A program made the translations under genes and the position numbers. From an uncultured Pseudomonadota bacterium (lineage in GTDB: Bacteria > Pseudomonadota > Alphaproteobacteria > RF32 > CAG-239): a stretch of DNA of 64,000 nt. Each line of letters opens with the position of its first letter. The stretch's first letter is position 1. This document shows, piece by piece, positions 1 to 10,000 of the stretch. The notes beneath the pieces are model-generated. The model saw nothing but the letters and a program-made list of their open reading frames with translations, did no database searches and was not told the origin of the DNA. Location: the NCBI GenBank assembly GCA_902788365.1, contig CADAJN010000008.1, forward strand, positions 2,331-66,330, given 5' to 3'.

Positions 1-97
1 CCAAAAGCTTGGAAATATCAATATCAGCACCATACCCCAGTTCTCTTAAATAGGCTTTTATGATATCATCACGCGAATGAACTCTTATTTTAACCAT
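1..97 (-). CDS. 5' part of the gene downstream of opgG (runs off the window); probably the next gene of the opg operon
   Basis: ATG at 97 overlaps the opgG 3' end; frame is open to the window edge (MVKIRVHSRDDIIKAYLRELGYG...). Confidence 0.45.
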   Translation of the reverse strand, partial: MVKIRVHSRDDIIKAYLRELGYGADIDISKLL

Positions 98-1596
98 TGA
101 TAGCTCCATACTTCAGAGATAGTTTTTCCGTTTTGCTCCAGCGATATTCTGATTTCATCATTGTCATTTTGCGGAGAATAATCTACATATACCGTAATAC
201 CTTTTGTTATAGGATTATAAATTGTACTTACATTGATTATTTTGCCACTGATTGCAGAAACATTAGGAGTAATACCTTTTTGGGAAAAATCAGAACCTAA
301 ATTTTTGCCTATAAAATCTATAACAAATTTTCTGGTTTCGGAGACATCCTCAGATCCTGAGATTCCTCCTTGTCCTGTTCTTGTTGCTGCAACGTATGCT
401 ATATCTTCTCCTTTTATAACATCATTGAGCCAAATCAAACGATAAGAAAATTTGTATTCTCTTCCGGCTTCAATAGGAACCTTCGGCACCCAATAGGCAA
501 CAATGTTGTCATGTATTTCTTGGCGAGATGGAATTTCTACAAGTTGCACAATACCTTCATTCCAATTTTCAAGAGGCTCAACCCAAGCACTCGGGCGACT
601 TTGATAATTTGCTTCAAAATCCTGATAATTTGATAAGTCTCTATCTCGTTGCAACAAGCCAAATCCTTTCACTCCATTATCAACAAAACTGCTGATACGT
701 AATTTTTTAGAATTATCAAGCGGACGCCATAACCACTCACCATGACCATTATGGACCAATAATCCGTCACTATCAAACAAAAACATCGATGTCAATGGAG
801 CAATTCCTATTTTTTGAATATTTTCACGCGGAAACAAATGAGCTTCAATATTCATAATTGTATTAGCACCAGGAATAATTTCAAAGCAATAAGCTCCACT
901 CACACTTTTACTATCTAATAGGGCATATAAGGTAATTACTTTGTCTTTAGTTTTTGGTTTTTGCAACCAAAATTCTTTAAAAATAGGAAATTCTTCTCCA
1001 ATCATTTCCGCAGTGTTAATTGCTAATCCACGAGCGGATAAACCATATTTTTGCCCCTTTGCTAAACCGCGAAAATAACTGGCTCCCAAAAAAGTTACCA
1101 ACTCGTCATAATATGCTGATGTATTGAGCGGACTATGAATTCTAAAACCTGCATAACCTAAAATTTCATCATCATTTTCATTAAATCTATTGTTTCCGTA
1201 GTCAAAATATTTGGCTGAAAAATTGATTGGTTTTGAGACGTTATTGACAACCTCATTTATTTTAACCGGAATTTTAAAAATACTCCCTAAATGAAAAAAT
1301 TGAACTTCATACGGTAGCTTTTGGTTATACCAAGGCCCATTCTTTCTTACAAAGCGAATATCACGATACTGATCATATGACAGATTTAACAATTCTGAAG
1401 AGCTAATTGTATCTGGTACAGCATAAGGCATTTTTGATAATTGTTTAGCCTTATCAATAACATTCTGAAATGAAAAATTTGTAACCACTAAATTCGGGTT
1501 TGTTTTATCTGTAATTTGTCTGTAATAAATCAAGCCGTAATAACAACAAAAACAAAGAATAATGCTTAGTAAACAAATCAAAAAATTTTTTAACAT
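85..1596 (-). CDS. opgG: Periplasmic glucan biosynthesis protein OpgG/MdoG, with an internal in-frame deletion
   Basis: Motifs [68 protein letters not shown]. Confidence 0.93.
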   Translation of the reverse strand: [503 protein letters not shown]

Positions 1597-1764
1597 CTTG
1601 TCCCCGTAATATTATCAACTATTTACATATTTCGCTTACAATATGCAGATTATTTTCGTTAGTCAATAGAAAATACATACTTTAATTTATATATGCGGGA
1701 AAAACTTAAAAAATGTCGTTTTTATTCAGATGTATATGTTTCTAAATAAATTATAGTAAAATTA

Positions 1765-2922
1765 CTACACCCCTGTCTTAACAATGCCTTTGCCGAATTT
1801 GGCTTCCAGTTCGTCCACAAGGTGTGAGAGTTTATCGTCGTGGGGCTTTACTTCCTCAAACAGCGATTGTTGCACTTCGCCATAGCTCAAATGTGTTAGC
1901 GTTACGCCGGTTGACCGGTAGATTAAATTCGGGCGGTAGAGTTGTTTTAAGAGATTTATGGCGGTCGCACGCACTTCTTGGTCGCCGTTGGTCGGGTTGG
2001 GCAGTTTTGCCTCAATGGCATAATATTTGAAGTCCTTTGTGCGGAGCATAACTTCCACCCCTTGGCAAAATCCGTTCCACCGCCGCAACTTCTGACATGC
2101 CTCGTGAACATACCGATTCAGTTCGTGTTCCAAATATTCCAAACTTTGCGTAAAGTCCTCAAAACTTCGCGTAACCTGTATGCTCTGCGGGGCGGTGGGC
2201 TCGTTGTTTACTAAAGATGTGGCAATTCCGGTCAACTCACTTTTCAAATTTAATCCGTTAATTCCGAAAGCTTTTCTGATCCAGCCGTTCTCTTTTTCCA
2301 CAAAGTCCTTAATCGTAAAAATGCCGCTGAACTTCATGTGCTCGCTGTTTTTGCGGCCGATGCCGCTAACGTCCTCAATCAGCATTTCGCCGACAATATC
2401 TAAAATTTTATCAGGCGGAATAACGAAAATGCCGTTGTTGCTCTTGGCTTTATCGGAAGCGAGTTTCGCCAGCGTTTTAGAAGTTCCCAAGCCAATGGAA
2501 ACGGGAATTCCGACCTTGTCCCACACCGTCTGCCGGATATTCTTGATGATGTCGGTATAGGTGGAGTGATAAACCTTGTTGAGGCTGGTTAAATCGATAA
2601 ATGCTTCATCAACCGAAGTTACTTCGACATCCGGACTGAACGTCTTGATGGTGTCCATCACAACTTTTGAAATCTCGGTATAGCGGTGGTGGCGCGCCGG
2701 AATACAAATCGCGGTTGGAAAGTTCGGCTTAACCTGAAAATACGGCTGTCCCATTTTAATCCCGAGCGCCTTAGCTTCCTTTGAGCGCGACACGATTATG
2801 CCCTTACTGCTCGCGCCTGTCATAACGCACACCGGCTTGCCTTGCAAATCGTGGTTATCCTTCCGTTCACAAGAAACGAAAAAGCAGTCGCAATCAACCA
2901 ATGCTATAACGTGCTGACGCAT
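1765..2922 (-). CDS. Y-family DNA polymerase (DinB/UmuC-like)
   Basis: ALVDCDCFFVSCE, SKEAKALGIKMG, SVDEAFID, SIGLGTSKTLAKLAS, little-finger domain, C-terminal QQSLF clamp-binding-like motif. Confidence 0.92.
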   Translation of the reverse strand: MRQHVIALVDCDCFFVSCERKDNHDLQGKPVCVMTGASSKGIIVSRSKEAKALGIKMGQPYFQVKPNFPTAICIPARHHRYTEISKVVMDTIKTFSPDVEVTSVDEAFIDLTSLNKVYHSTYTDIIKNIRQTVWDKVGIPVSIGLGTSKTLAKLASDKAKSNNGIFVIPPDKILDIVGEMLIEDVSGIGRKNSEHMKFSGIFTIKDFVEKENGWIRKAFGINGLNLKSELTGIATSLVNNEPTAPQSIQVTRSFEDFTQSLEYLEHELNRYVHEACQKLRRWNGFCQGVEVMLRTKDFKYYAIEAKLPNPTNGDQEVRATAINLLKQLYRPNLIYRSTGVTLTHLSYGEVQQSLFEEVKPHDDKLSHLVDELEAKFGKGIVKTGV

Positions 2923-2923
2923 T

Positions 2924-3982
2924 TTACCTCTTCAAAATATAGTATGTTCCTTTGGTAGAACCTTGTTTTTCAAGCAAGTCTTTCTTGACGAGATTTTGCA
3001 CCGTTTTTTTGACGGTCTCGCTGTTTTTGCCTAAAACTTCTGCCATTTCAGATACCGACCAATTTGTTTTATCTTCAAAAAGGTCTAATACGGCTTGCTC
3101 GGCTTTGCTTATTCTCGTTGTGTCCACTTTCAAAGCCTTTGCAATTTTATCTTCTAAATGGCGCTTTTGCTTGGCAAGCGAGGTAATAAAGAACGTCAGC
3201 CACGGCTCATAATTAACCTTATCGGTCCATATCGTCTTTTGGGTGCCGCGTAACGCTCTGTAATATGCGTCTTTGCTTGCTTCAATAATAGATTCCATTG
3301 AAGCGTAAGGCATATAATTATAGCCGTTTTGCAGCATAAGCATTGTCGTTAAAGCACGTGAAAGTCTGCCGTTGCCGTCTGTAAAAGGGTGTATTGATAA
3401 AAAATGCACGACAAACACGCCGATTGTGATAATCGGGTGAAAATAGCCGTCCTTAAAATTAATGTTCGTCCAGTCCACTAATTCCTGCATTAAACGCGGT
3501 GTGTCAAAAGGCGTTGCCGTTTCAAAAATTGTGCCGATTTCATTGCCGTCAGCATCAAAGGCTGCCACGCGATTTGAATCTTTTTTATATTCGCCGCGAT
3601 GAAGCTCGTCTTTGTCTGAATACGAAAGCATGATTTTATGCAACTGCCGAATATAATTCTCGGACAGGTTAATTTCTTTATAATTCTCAAAAATTGTTGA
3701 AAGCAAATCGGCATAGCCGGCGACTTCTTGCTCATCGCGCGTTTGAAAAGATTTTTTGCTGATACGGTTAAAGACTTCTTCAACTTCTGTATCGTTTAAC
3801 TTATTTCCCTCAATACGATTAGAAGAGCCGATTGATTCAATCGTAGCAATGCGTTTCATCGCTTTTAATTGATCCGGCTTAATTTTTATACCGCCGCTGT
3901 TAAACGCCCCGTTAAAAGTGTCTATTTCTGCTATTTTCTTTAGCATATCCGGCGTAATTGTAATATCTGTCATATTCGGCAT
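2924..3982 (-). CDS. Fic family protein with C-terminal winged HTH
   Basis: HPFTDGNGRLSR Fic motif, SNRIEGN, C-terminal wHTH (LVKKDLLEKQGSTKGTYY); start moved to ATG 3982 downstream of AAAGGA. Confidence 0.9.
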   Translation of the reverse strand: MPNMTDITITPDMLKKIAEIDTFNGAFNSGGIKIKPDQLKAMKRIATIESIGSSNRIEGNKLNDTEVEEVFNRISKKSFQTRDEQEVAGYADLLSTIFENYKEINLSENYIRQLHKIMLSYSDKDELHRGEYKKDSNRVAAFDADGNEIGTIFETATPFDTPRLMQELVDWTNINFKDGYFHPIITIGVFVVHFLSIHPFTDGNGRLSRALTTMLMLQNGYNYMPYASMESIIEASKDAYYRALRGTQKTIWTDKVNYEPWLTFFITSLAKQKRHLEDKIAKALKVDTTRISKAEQAVLDLFEDKTNWSVSEMAEVLGKNSETVKKTVQNLVKKDLLEKQGSTKGTYYILKR

Positions 3983-4190
3983 TTTAATATCCTTTGCTAT
4001 AATCTTTACCGAAATATTACCTAATAATTCCCGAAAAGTCAAGAAAAATTACCGAATATCTACATTTTTTAAGTCCGATCGCCGAATATTTTTTATATCC
4101 TATAACTTCATAGTCTTAAAATTTCAAAACTATGAAGTATGTACTTGGCAAGTGATATTTAAAGGTTTATAGTTTGCAAATATCGCAACT

Positions 4191-4658
4191 ATGAACTACG
4201 GGGCAAAAATGCAGGTAATAAAGTATTATCAATCGGAAAATCAGGCACATTGGCGAGAGGAAATCGGCAAAGGCGATTGGTCGGCGGCGGAATTATTGCA
4301 CGACTGGCTAGCGAGCGACAAATTAAAGCAGATGTGCGGAGATGCGACCGAAGTTTATATGATGACCGATGACGATAAACTGGTTTCGTTTGCTACTTTA
4401 GCGCCGCAAGATGAGATTGACGCACCGGAACTGTCGCCGTGGATAGGGTTTGTATATACCTTTCCGACCTATCGCGGCCACCGCAACGCCGGCAAGTTAA
4501 TCGCCCATATTTGCGAGGTTTTGAAATCTGCCGGCACCGAAAAAGTTTATATTTCCACCGACGAAATCGGCCTCTACGAAAAATACGGCTTTACCTTTTG
4601 GCAGACCATGACCACCCGCGAGGGTAAACCAACCCGGGTGTATATTAAACACCTATAG
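4191..4658 (+). CDS. GNAT family N-acetyltransferase
   Basis: PWIGFVYTFPTYRGHRNAGKL and LYEKYGF motifs; true start may be ATG 4209. Confidence 0.88.
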   Translation: MNYGAKMQVIKYYQSENQAHWREEIGKGDWSAAELLHDWLASDKLKQMCGDATEVYMMTDDDKLVSFATLAPQDEIDAPELSPWIGFVYTFPTYRGHRNAGKLIAHICEVLKSAGTEKVYISTDEIGLYEKYGFTFWQTMTTREGKPTRVYIKHL

Positions 4659-4851
4659 TTGTATTCCGTCAAAAAAAGCGGACTAGGAGTTCGCATTTTA
4701 TGACCAAGGGACCTCGGAACCGGGGCTTTCCTTTAAAACGTGCCATATGCACGATCAGATTCAACGAAACGGCAGAAATAATATCATATTTATGTTTACT
4801 TTGTCTGAAAGTATGCTAAATTAACCCATAGTTTAAATCAAAGGAAAGCCG

Positions 4852-5316
4852 ATGGATAAGTTTTTTAAACATTCAGTCAAAGCCATTATCATTAAAGACG
4901 GCAAATTGCTGGTTGAAAGTGTTGATTATGGACGAGGTCGTTACTGCAAATTGCCGGGAGGCGGTCAGGAATGGGGCGAAACCATGCAAGAAACGATTAT
5001 TCGCGAGTGCAAGGAAGAATTAAATCTTGAGGTTAAGCCTTTGCGTTTAGTTTTGGCACGTGACTATATTGCAAAGAATCATAATCAACCCTATGATTTA
5101 GACTGTTTTCACTTGGCAGAATTAATGTTTGAGTGCAATGTAACTGATTTTACCCCGCTTGGTAACGGTTCTGAACCGGACAGTGATGCACAAAAAATAA
5201 AATGGATAGAATTGGATCAATTAGCTGATTCAAATTTTTATCCTAAAGCGATTATTCCATATTTGAAAAATCTCAAAGACATTAGAGAGACAGTTGTTTT
5301 GGGCGATGTGAATTAG
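4852..5316 (+). CDS. NUDIX hydrolase
   Basis: Nudix box LPGGGQEWGETMQETIIRECKEELNL. Confidence 0.9.
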   Translation: MDKFFKHSVKAIIIKDGKLLVESVDYGRGRYCKLPGGGQEWGETMQETIIRECKEELNLEVKPLRLVLARDYIAKNHNQPYDLDCFHLAELMFECNVTDFTPLGNGSEPDSDAQKIKWIELDQLADSNFYPKAIIPYLKNLKDIRETVVLGDVN

Positions 5317-5326
5317 GAAAAGATAT

Positions 5327-6109
5327 ATGCGAAAATTCGGATTTAAATTTTTCAGCACAAACTTTCGGGTGTCCCCGATGACGCTTAAAAAAGCTGCGGA
5401 ATTTGCAGCATCGGCAAAAGATATGTTTATAGAATTGAGCGCATTTCCGGATACATCTGAAGCCGAATTTAAGCAAATCAAAAAAATCATAGATACAGTG
5501 GAAGTGCGCATTCACGCCTCTATTACCGGATTTGATACCGGAAATTGCGAAGCTGAACGCCAAAATAGAAAAATTCTGACAATTGCGCAAAAAGCTGCCG
5601 ACATATTTCAAGCCGAAACAATTGTGGTGCATCCGGGATATGGACGCGAGCAAAAATATCTGGAAGAAACCGGTCGGCAATTTAAGCTGTTTCACGATGA
5701 ACGAATTGTGGTGGAAAATTTACCCTATTACGATAATAACGGCAATCATTTGCATGGTAATACAGCCGATGAAATCGCTTATATTATGAACGAAAGCGGT
5801 TGCGGATTTTGTTTTGATTTTTCGCACGCCATTTGCTCTGCTGCCGCATTGAATACGGATATTGATACATTTTTGCAGGGTTTGTTTGCCTTAAAACCGA
5901 GTGTTTATCATTTATGCGACGGCGACATTGGTGTGATTGAAGATAAGCACTTACATTTTGGCGACGGTAATTATCCGCTCAAACATTTTCTAAATGATTA
6001 CACTGCAAAAAATGCATATATCACTATGGAAACCGGCGCCGGTTTTGAGGCTCTTAATGACTTGCGAATAAAAGATTATAAATACCTTAAATCTGTGCAA
6101 AATGTTTAA
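5327..6109 (+). CDS. Xylose isomerase-like / AP endonuclease 2 TIM-barrel protein
   Basis: IHA, VVHPG, VENLP, FDFSHA, YHLCDG, DKHLHFGDG, TMET metal-binding pattern. Confidence 0.8.
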   Translation: MRKFGFKFFSTNFRVSPMTLKKAAEFAASAKDMFIELSAFPDTSEAEFKQIKKIIDTVEVRIHASITGFDTGNCEAERQNRKILTIAQKAADIFQAETIVVHPGYGREQKYLEETGRQFKLFHDERIVVENLPYYDNNGNHLHGNTADEIAYIMNESGCGFCFDFSHAICSAAALNTDIDTFLQGLFALKPSVYHLCDGDIGVIEDKHLHFGDGNYPLKHFLNDYTAKNAYITMETGAGFEALNDLRIKDYKYLKSVQNV

Positions 6110-6254
6110 ACATAAGGCATTTTACCTTCCCTATAAAAGCATCAATTACTCTGGTTATCACCGAAAAATGCCGGATATCAAAAAGAATCTTGTAATTTTA
6201 AATTAATCATATACTCTGAAATTAGAATATATCTTTATAGGAGAAACAAAAAAA

Positions 6255-6836
6255 ATGGGCAAAAAAATATTAAGCATACCGCAAATCAGAGCCTTAATGA
6301 AAAAAGGAACACCGATGACATTCGGCACGGATTTGTTGCAATCTTTTTATGAATACGGTCAAGAAGCCCTCAAAATAATGATGGAAATGAATAATAAATA
6401 CCATACACCCGAAGAAGTCAGAGAGCTGTTTTCCAAGCTGATTGCACGCAAAGTCAATAAAGATTGCTTAATATTACCGCCTTTTTATACTGAATTTGGA
6501 AAAAATATCAAACTGGGAAAAAAGGTTTTTATCAATACCTGTTGCCATTTTCAGGATAACGGCGGAATAGAAATCGGTGATAACACAATGTTGGGAAGTA
6601 ATGTGACGATTGTAACGCTGAACCACGATTTTGCCCCTGAAAAAAGATGTAACGCTATGCCTAAACCCGTTAAAATCGGTAAAAATGTATGGATAGGCGC
6701 AAATGTGACCATTCTTCCCGGTATCAGCATCGGTGATAATTCAATCATCGGAGCCGCCAGCGTTGTCACAAAAGACGTTCCTGCCAATACATTAGCTTAT
6801 GGCGTTCCTTGCAGAAATATCCGTAAAATTTGTTAA
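6255..6836 (+). CDS. Maltose/galactoside O-acetyltransferase (hexapeptide repeat)
   Basis: PPFYTEFGKNI, TLNH, IGKNVWIGANVTILPG, GAASVVTKDVP. Confidence 0.9.
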   Translation: MGKKILSIPQIRALMKKGTPMTFGTDLLQSFYEYGQEALKIMMEMNNKYHTPEEVRELFSKLIARKVNKDCLILPPFYTEFGKNIKLGKKVFINTCCHFQDNGGIEIGDNTMLGSNVTIVTLNHDFAPEKRCNAMPKPVKIGKNVWIGANVTILPGISIGDNSIIGAASVVTKDVPANTLAYGVPCRNIRKIC

Positions 6837-6974
6837 GAAAAACGAGCTTTTGAAAAGAATTTGACTATATCAATTAAAAATCACAATACATTATAAATAA
6901 CTTTATCTTTGCAATATTTGGCCATGTAAACTTGCAACCGGGCATCTTTAAACATTACCTATCCGACCAAACCT

Positions 6975-7012
6975 AAAAAAGCCTCTAAAAAAATATTCTC
7001 CAGAGGCTTTTT
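6975..7012. terminator. Bidirectional intrinsic terminator between convergent genes
   Basis: AAAAAAGCCTCT...AGAGGCTTTTT stem with A/T tails. Confidence 0.7.
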
Positions 7013-7056
7013 AACACCGCAATTTATTTTCTGAGCCTATAACTTTCTATATATTT

Positions 7057-10000
7057 TTAGAATTGGTAATTTATTCCCATTGACGCAGTGTGATTGTGGT
7101 AATGCTTACGGAATGCTCCTGTATATTCTATTGCAACCGAAAGTTTATCTGTTACGTCATAAGCAATGCTCGGACTGACTTCAACGGCCAAACGCTTCAA
7201 TGTTGCTCCTTCATAGCGATAATTTGTACCATTTGTCAAAGTAACAACTCCACCATCTTTACCGGAGTTAAAGTCATAAGTTATACCGGCATATAAACTC
7301 GGATGTATTTTATAGCCTTTAATTTCGCTATTGTTTTGAATATGCAAGCCCGCAACCCCGCTTAATATACCAGTATTATGGCCACTTACTGTTTGTAACG
7401 CCGTATCGGTGTAACCGTGACGATTGATATGATGCCAGCGTAATCCGGCTTGTGGTGTGATAAACCATGTATTTTTACGATATTCGTATCCGCCTATGAT
7501 ATCGGCAGATAAAACATCAACACTGTAATTTGCTTTGATTGTGCGATTAACGGCATAACGTTTTTCATCCCAATCGGCAAAATCATATTTAACAACACCG
7601 TTAACAAACCATTCGCTCGGTTTATATTCACCATAACCAAACACTGTGGAAGTTGTCACATCATAATCACGGCGTTTACTACTGATATCAGTTTCTTCAT
7701 AGCGTCCGCCGATACCGAGTTTTATATGCTGAGTGATTTGCTTATCCATACCTGCAATAATACCATGACTCTTAGAATCATATCCGCTAACTTTACCAAT
7801 ATCTTTTTGTTTGGACTTTCCATAATATGGCATTGCCCAAATATTGACACCATATAACAGTTGACTTTCCGTGTCATCATTTTTGGCACGCAAATGATAA
7901 TCTACGGCAGAGAATATGCGATTATTTGTTTCGCTCATAAAGTTCATAACCGCAGATTCACTTGGCGCAATAGCCGTCAATTCTTCATTAAATCTTTGAC
8001 CACCTGTTTGTGCAAAACGCGCCAAATCATTGGCCAAACCTTGCGCCACCGGATTACTTTGCGACGGACCGTCAACCCATGCGCCGGCTGCATCTTGATT
8101 TGTTTGTGTGCCACCGTTTTCTTCAGACACTTCTCGCGCGGTTTTGCCTTGTTCCACTGTATAAATACCTGATTTATCGGAAAAACGCTTAACCTTATAC
8201 ATATTATTGTGAAAAACATCTTCAAAATTATTGTTATTGATATCCGAGCCGTCGGTCAAAGCCAAAAGCGGAATACTGACTTCGGTTTGACCTTTTAGCA
8301 CATCTTGTCCGAAGGTAATATCAATTTTGGCTCCTTGAGCAATATCAAACGCATTGGCTCTGATGCCGCCGAATGTATTTAAATCATCTACGTTCAGCGT
8401 CAGTTGCGAACCGGCATCAAACTGAACTGTTTTTAAGCTGACAAGATTATTGCCGACAATCAGATTGCCGCCATAAGTCGCGTGCAACTTAACATCATTT
8501 GCAAGATTGTTTTGACCTGCTGTCAGTTTGGCATTATTAACATTAACCGTATTGCCTGAAATTTTGCTTTCCATTTGCCAATCCGCATTAACATTTGTGG
8601 TGCCGTTTCCCGCAATATCATTGGTAATTTTATTAACACCGCTGAGGTTAATTGTGCCGTTGTTTTCAATACCTTCTTGGTTGCCTGAGATTTCAACATT
8701 ATTGAGATTAAGCACCGCATCATCGGCCGTCAGCTTGGCAACAGTTTTAGCGTTGGTTATCTTTACATCATTTAGCGAAACAACAGTTCCGGCTTCGGAT
8801 AAATCAAACAGTTTGGCGCCGTTACCGTCAAGAGTGGAAACATCTTTGCCCTGTCCGTTAATATTCAGCTCGCCGATGTGTGTCACTCCGATATTGTCAA
8901 CACCGTCGCTGACTTTATATGTTGCTTGGTCGGCATTAAAATTGCGCTTTGTCAAATCGGCAGTATTGACAAGCATTAGCGTGTCGCCCAGCGATTCGTC
9001 ATAGTCCCCGCTCTCGTTGCGCGTTGTTAACCCGATAGAATCATTAAGTGTATCGGTTGTCGCCAAACCAAGCGTTCCGTATACGGTGTCAACGGTCCCT
9101 TTTTCACGGAAGTTGCGCGACCAGTCGGTATTTTCGGTCACCGTATCTTTGACCGTATTCTTTTCTTGCGTTACCACAAATTCTCCGCCAAGCTCACTTG
9201 CCGCTTGGGTAGTCAGAGCCAACTGCAGATTTGCCGCATCAGCACTACCTTGTGTTTTAAGAATCTGCACTTTGAAATTTTTATTGGTAATTTCATTAAA
9301 CGCCTTATCGGTCAAATTAAAGTGGTCAATTTGCACTACCTTTCCGGCAGTTCCGGTTTGGGTAGTTGTTGCAAATGAATCCGCTTCTTCGCCCTCCACA
9401 CTGAAATCAATCGTCCATTTGGCGGTATTATCGGCAACAAGATTATAAATACCATATTCTTTGATATTTCCATCAGCAGTGCTGATGTTGGCAGAATCTG
9501 CCGTAACATACGCATTTTTGATGTCGTTATAAAGGTTGATATGACTGTTGGCATCACCGGTTAACCGAGTTTTATAGCCCAAAGAACCGTCAATGGTATC
9601 ATAAAACGTAACTGTACCGCCGTTGATTGCCGTAACCGTCAAGTCGGCATTGTCCATATAAACGGCATTGTCAACGTCGTTGATTTTGTTGCCTTTGAAC
9701 AAAGTGTTGCCGTTATCGGCGGCAATGGTCAAATTTTGCCTGGAATAAATTGCCGCCCCAAAACCCTCTCCGCTTGCGGTAAAAGTGTTGTCGGTAAAGA
9801 TTGCGTTCTTAATACCATTTGTGATTTCATCATTGTTATAGATTACGCCTCCATAGATATTTGTTGCCGAACCGGTGTTTTCATTGAATTTACCGCCAAT
9901 GGAAGCAATAGTGGCGTAGCCGTTGGGATTGCCTAACATATTGGCAATAACCCCACCATAAATATCTCCGTCTAGGCTGACAGCTCTGTTTTTGCTAAAA

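Noticed and set aside
4191-6836. Integron cassette array (GNAT, NUDIX, TIM barrel, acetyltransferase)
   Set aside because: No intI and no recurring attC-like sites; the genes appear to have their own promoter regions.
8528-9448. Long antisense ORFs inside the autotransporter and other genes
   Set aside because: Shadow frames caused by codon bias on the opposite strand.
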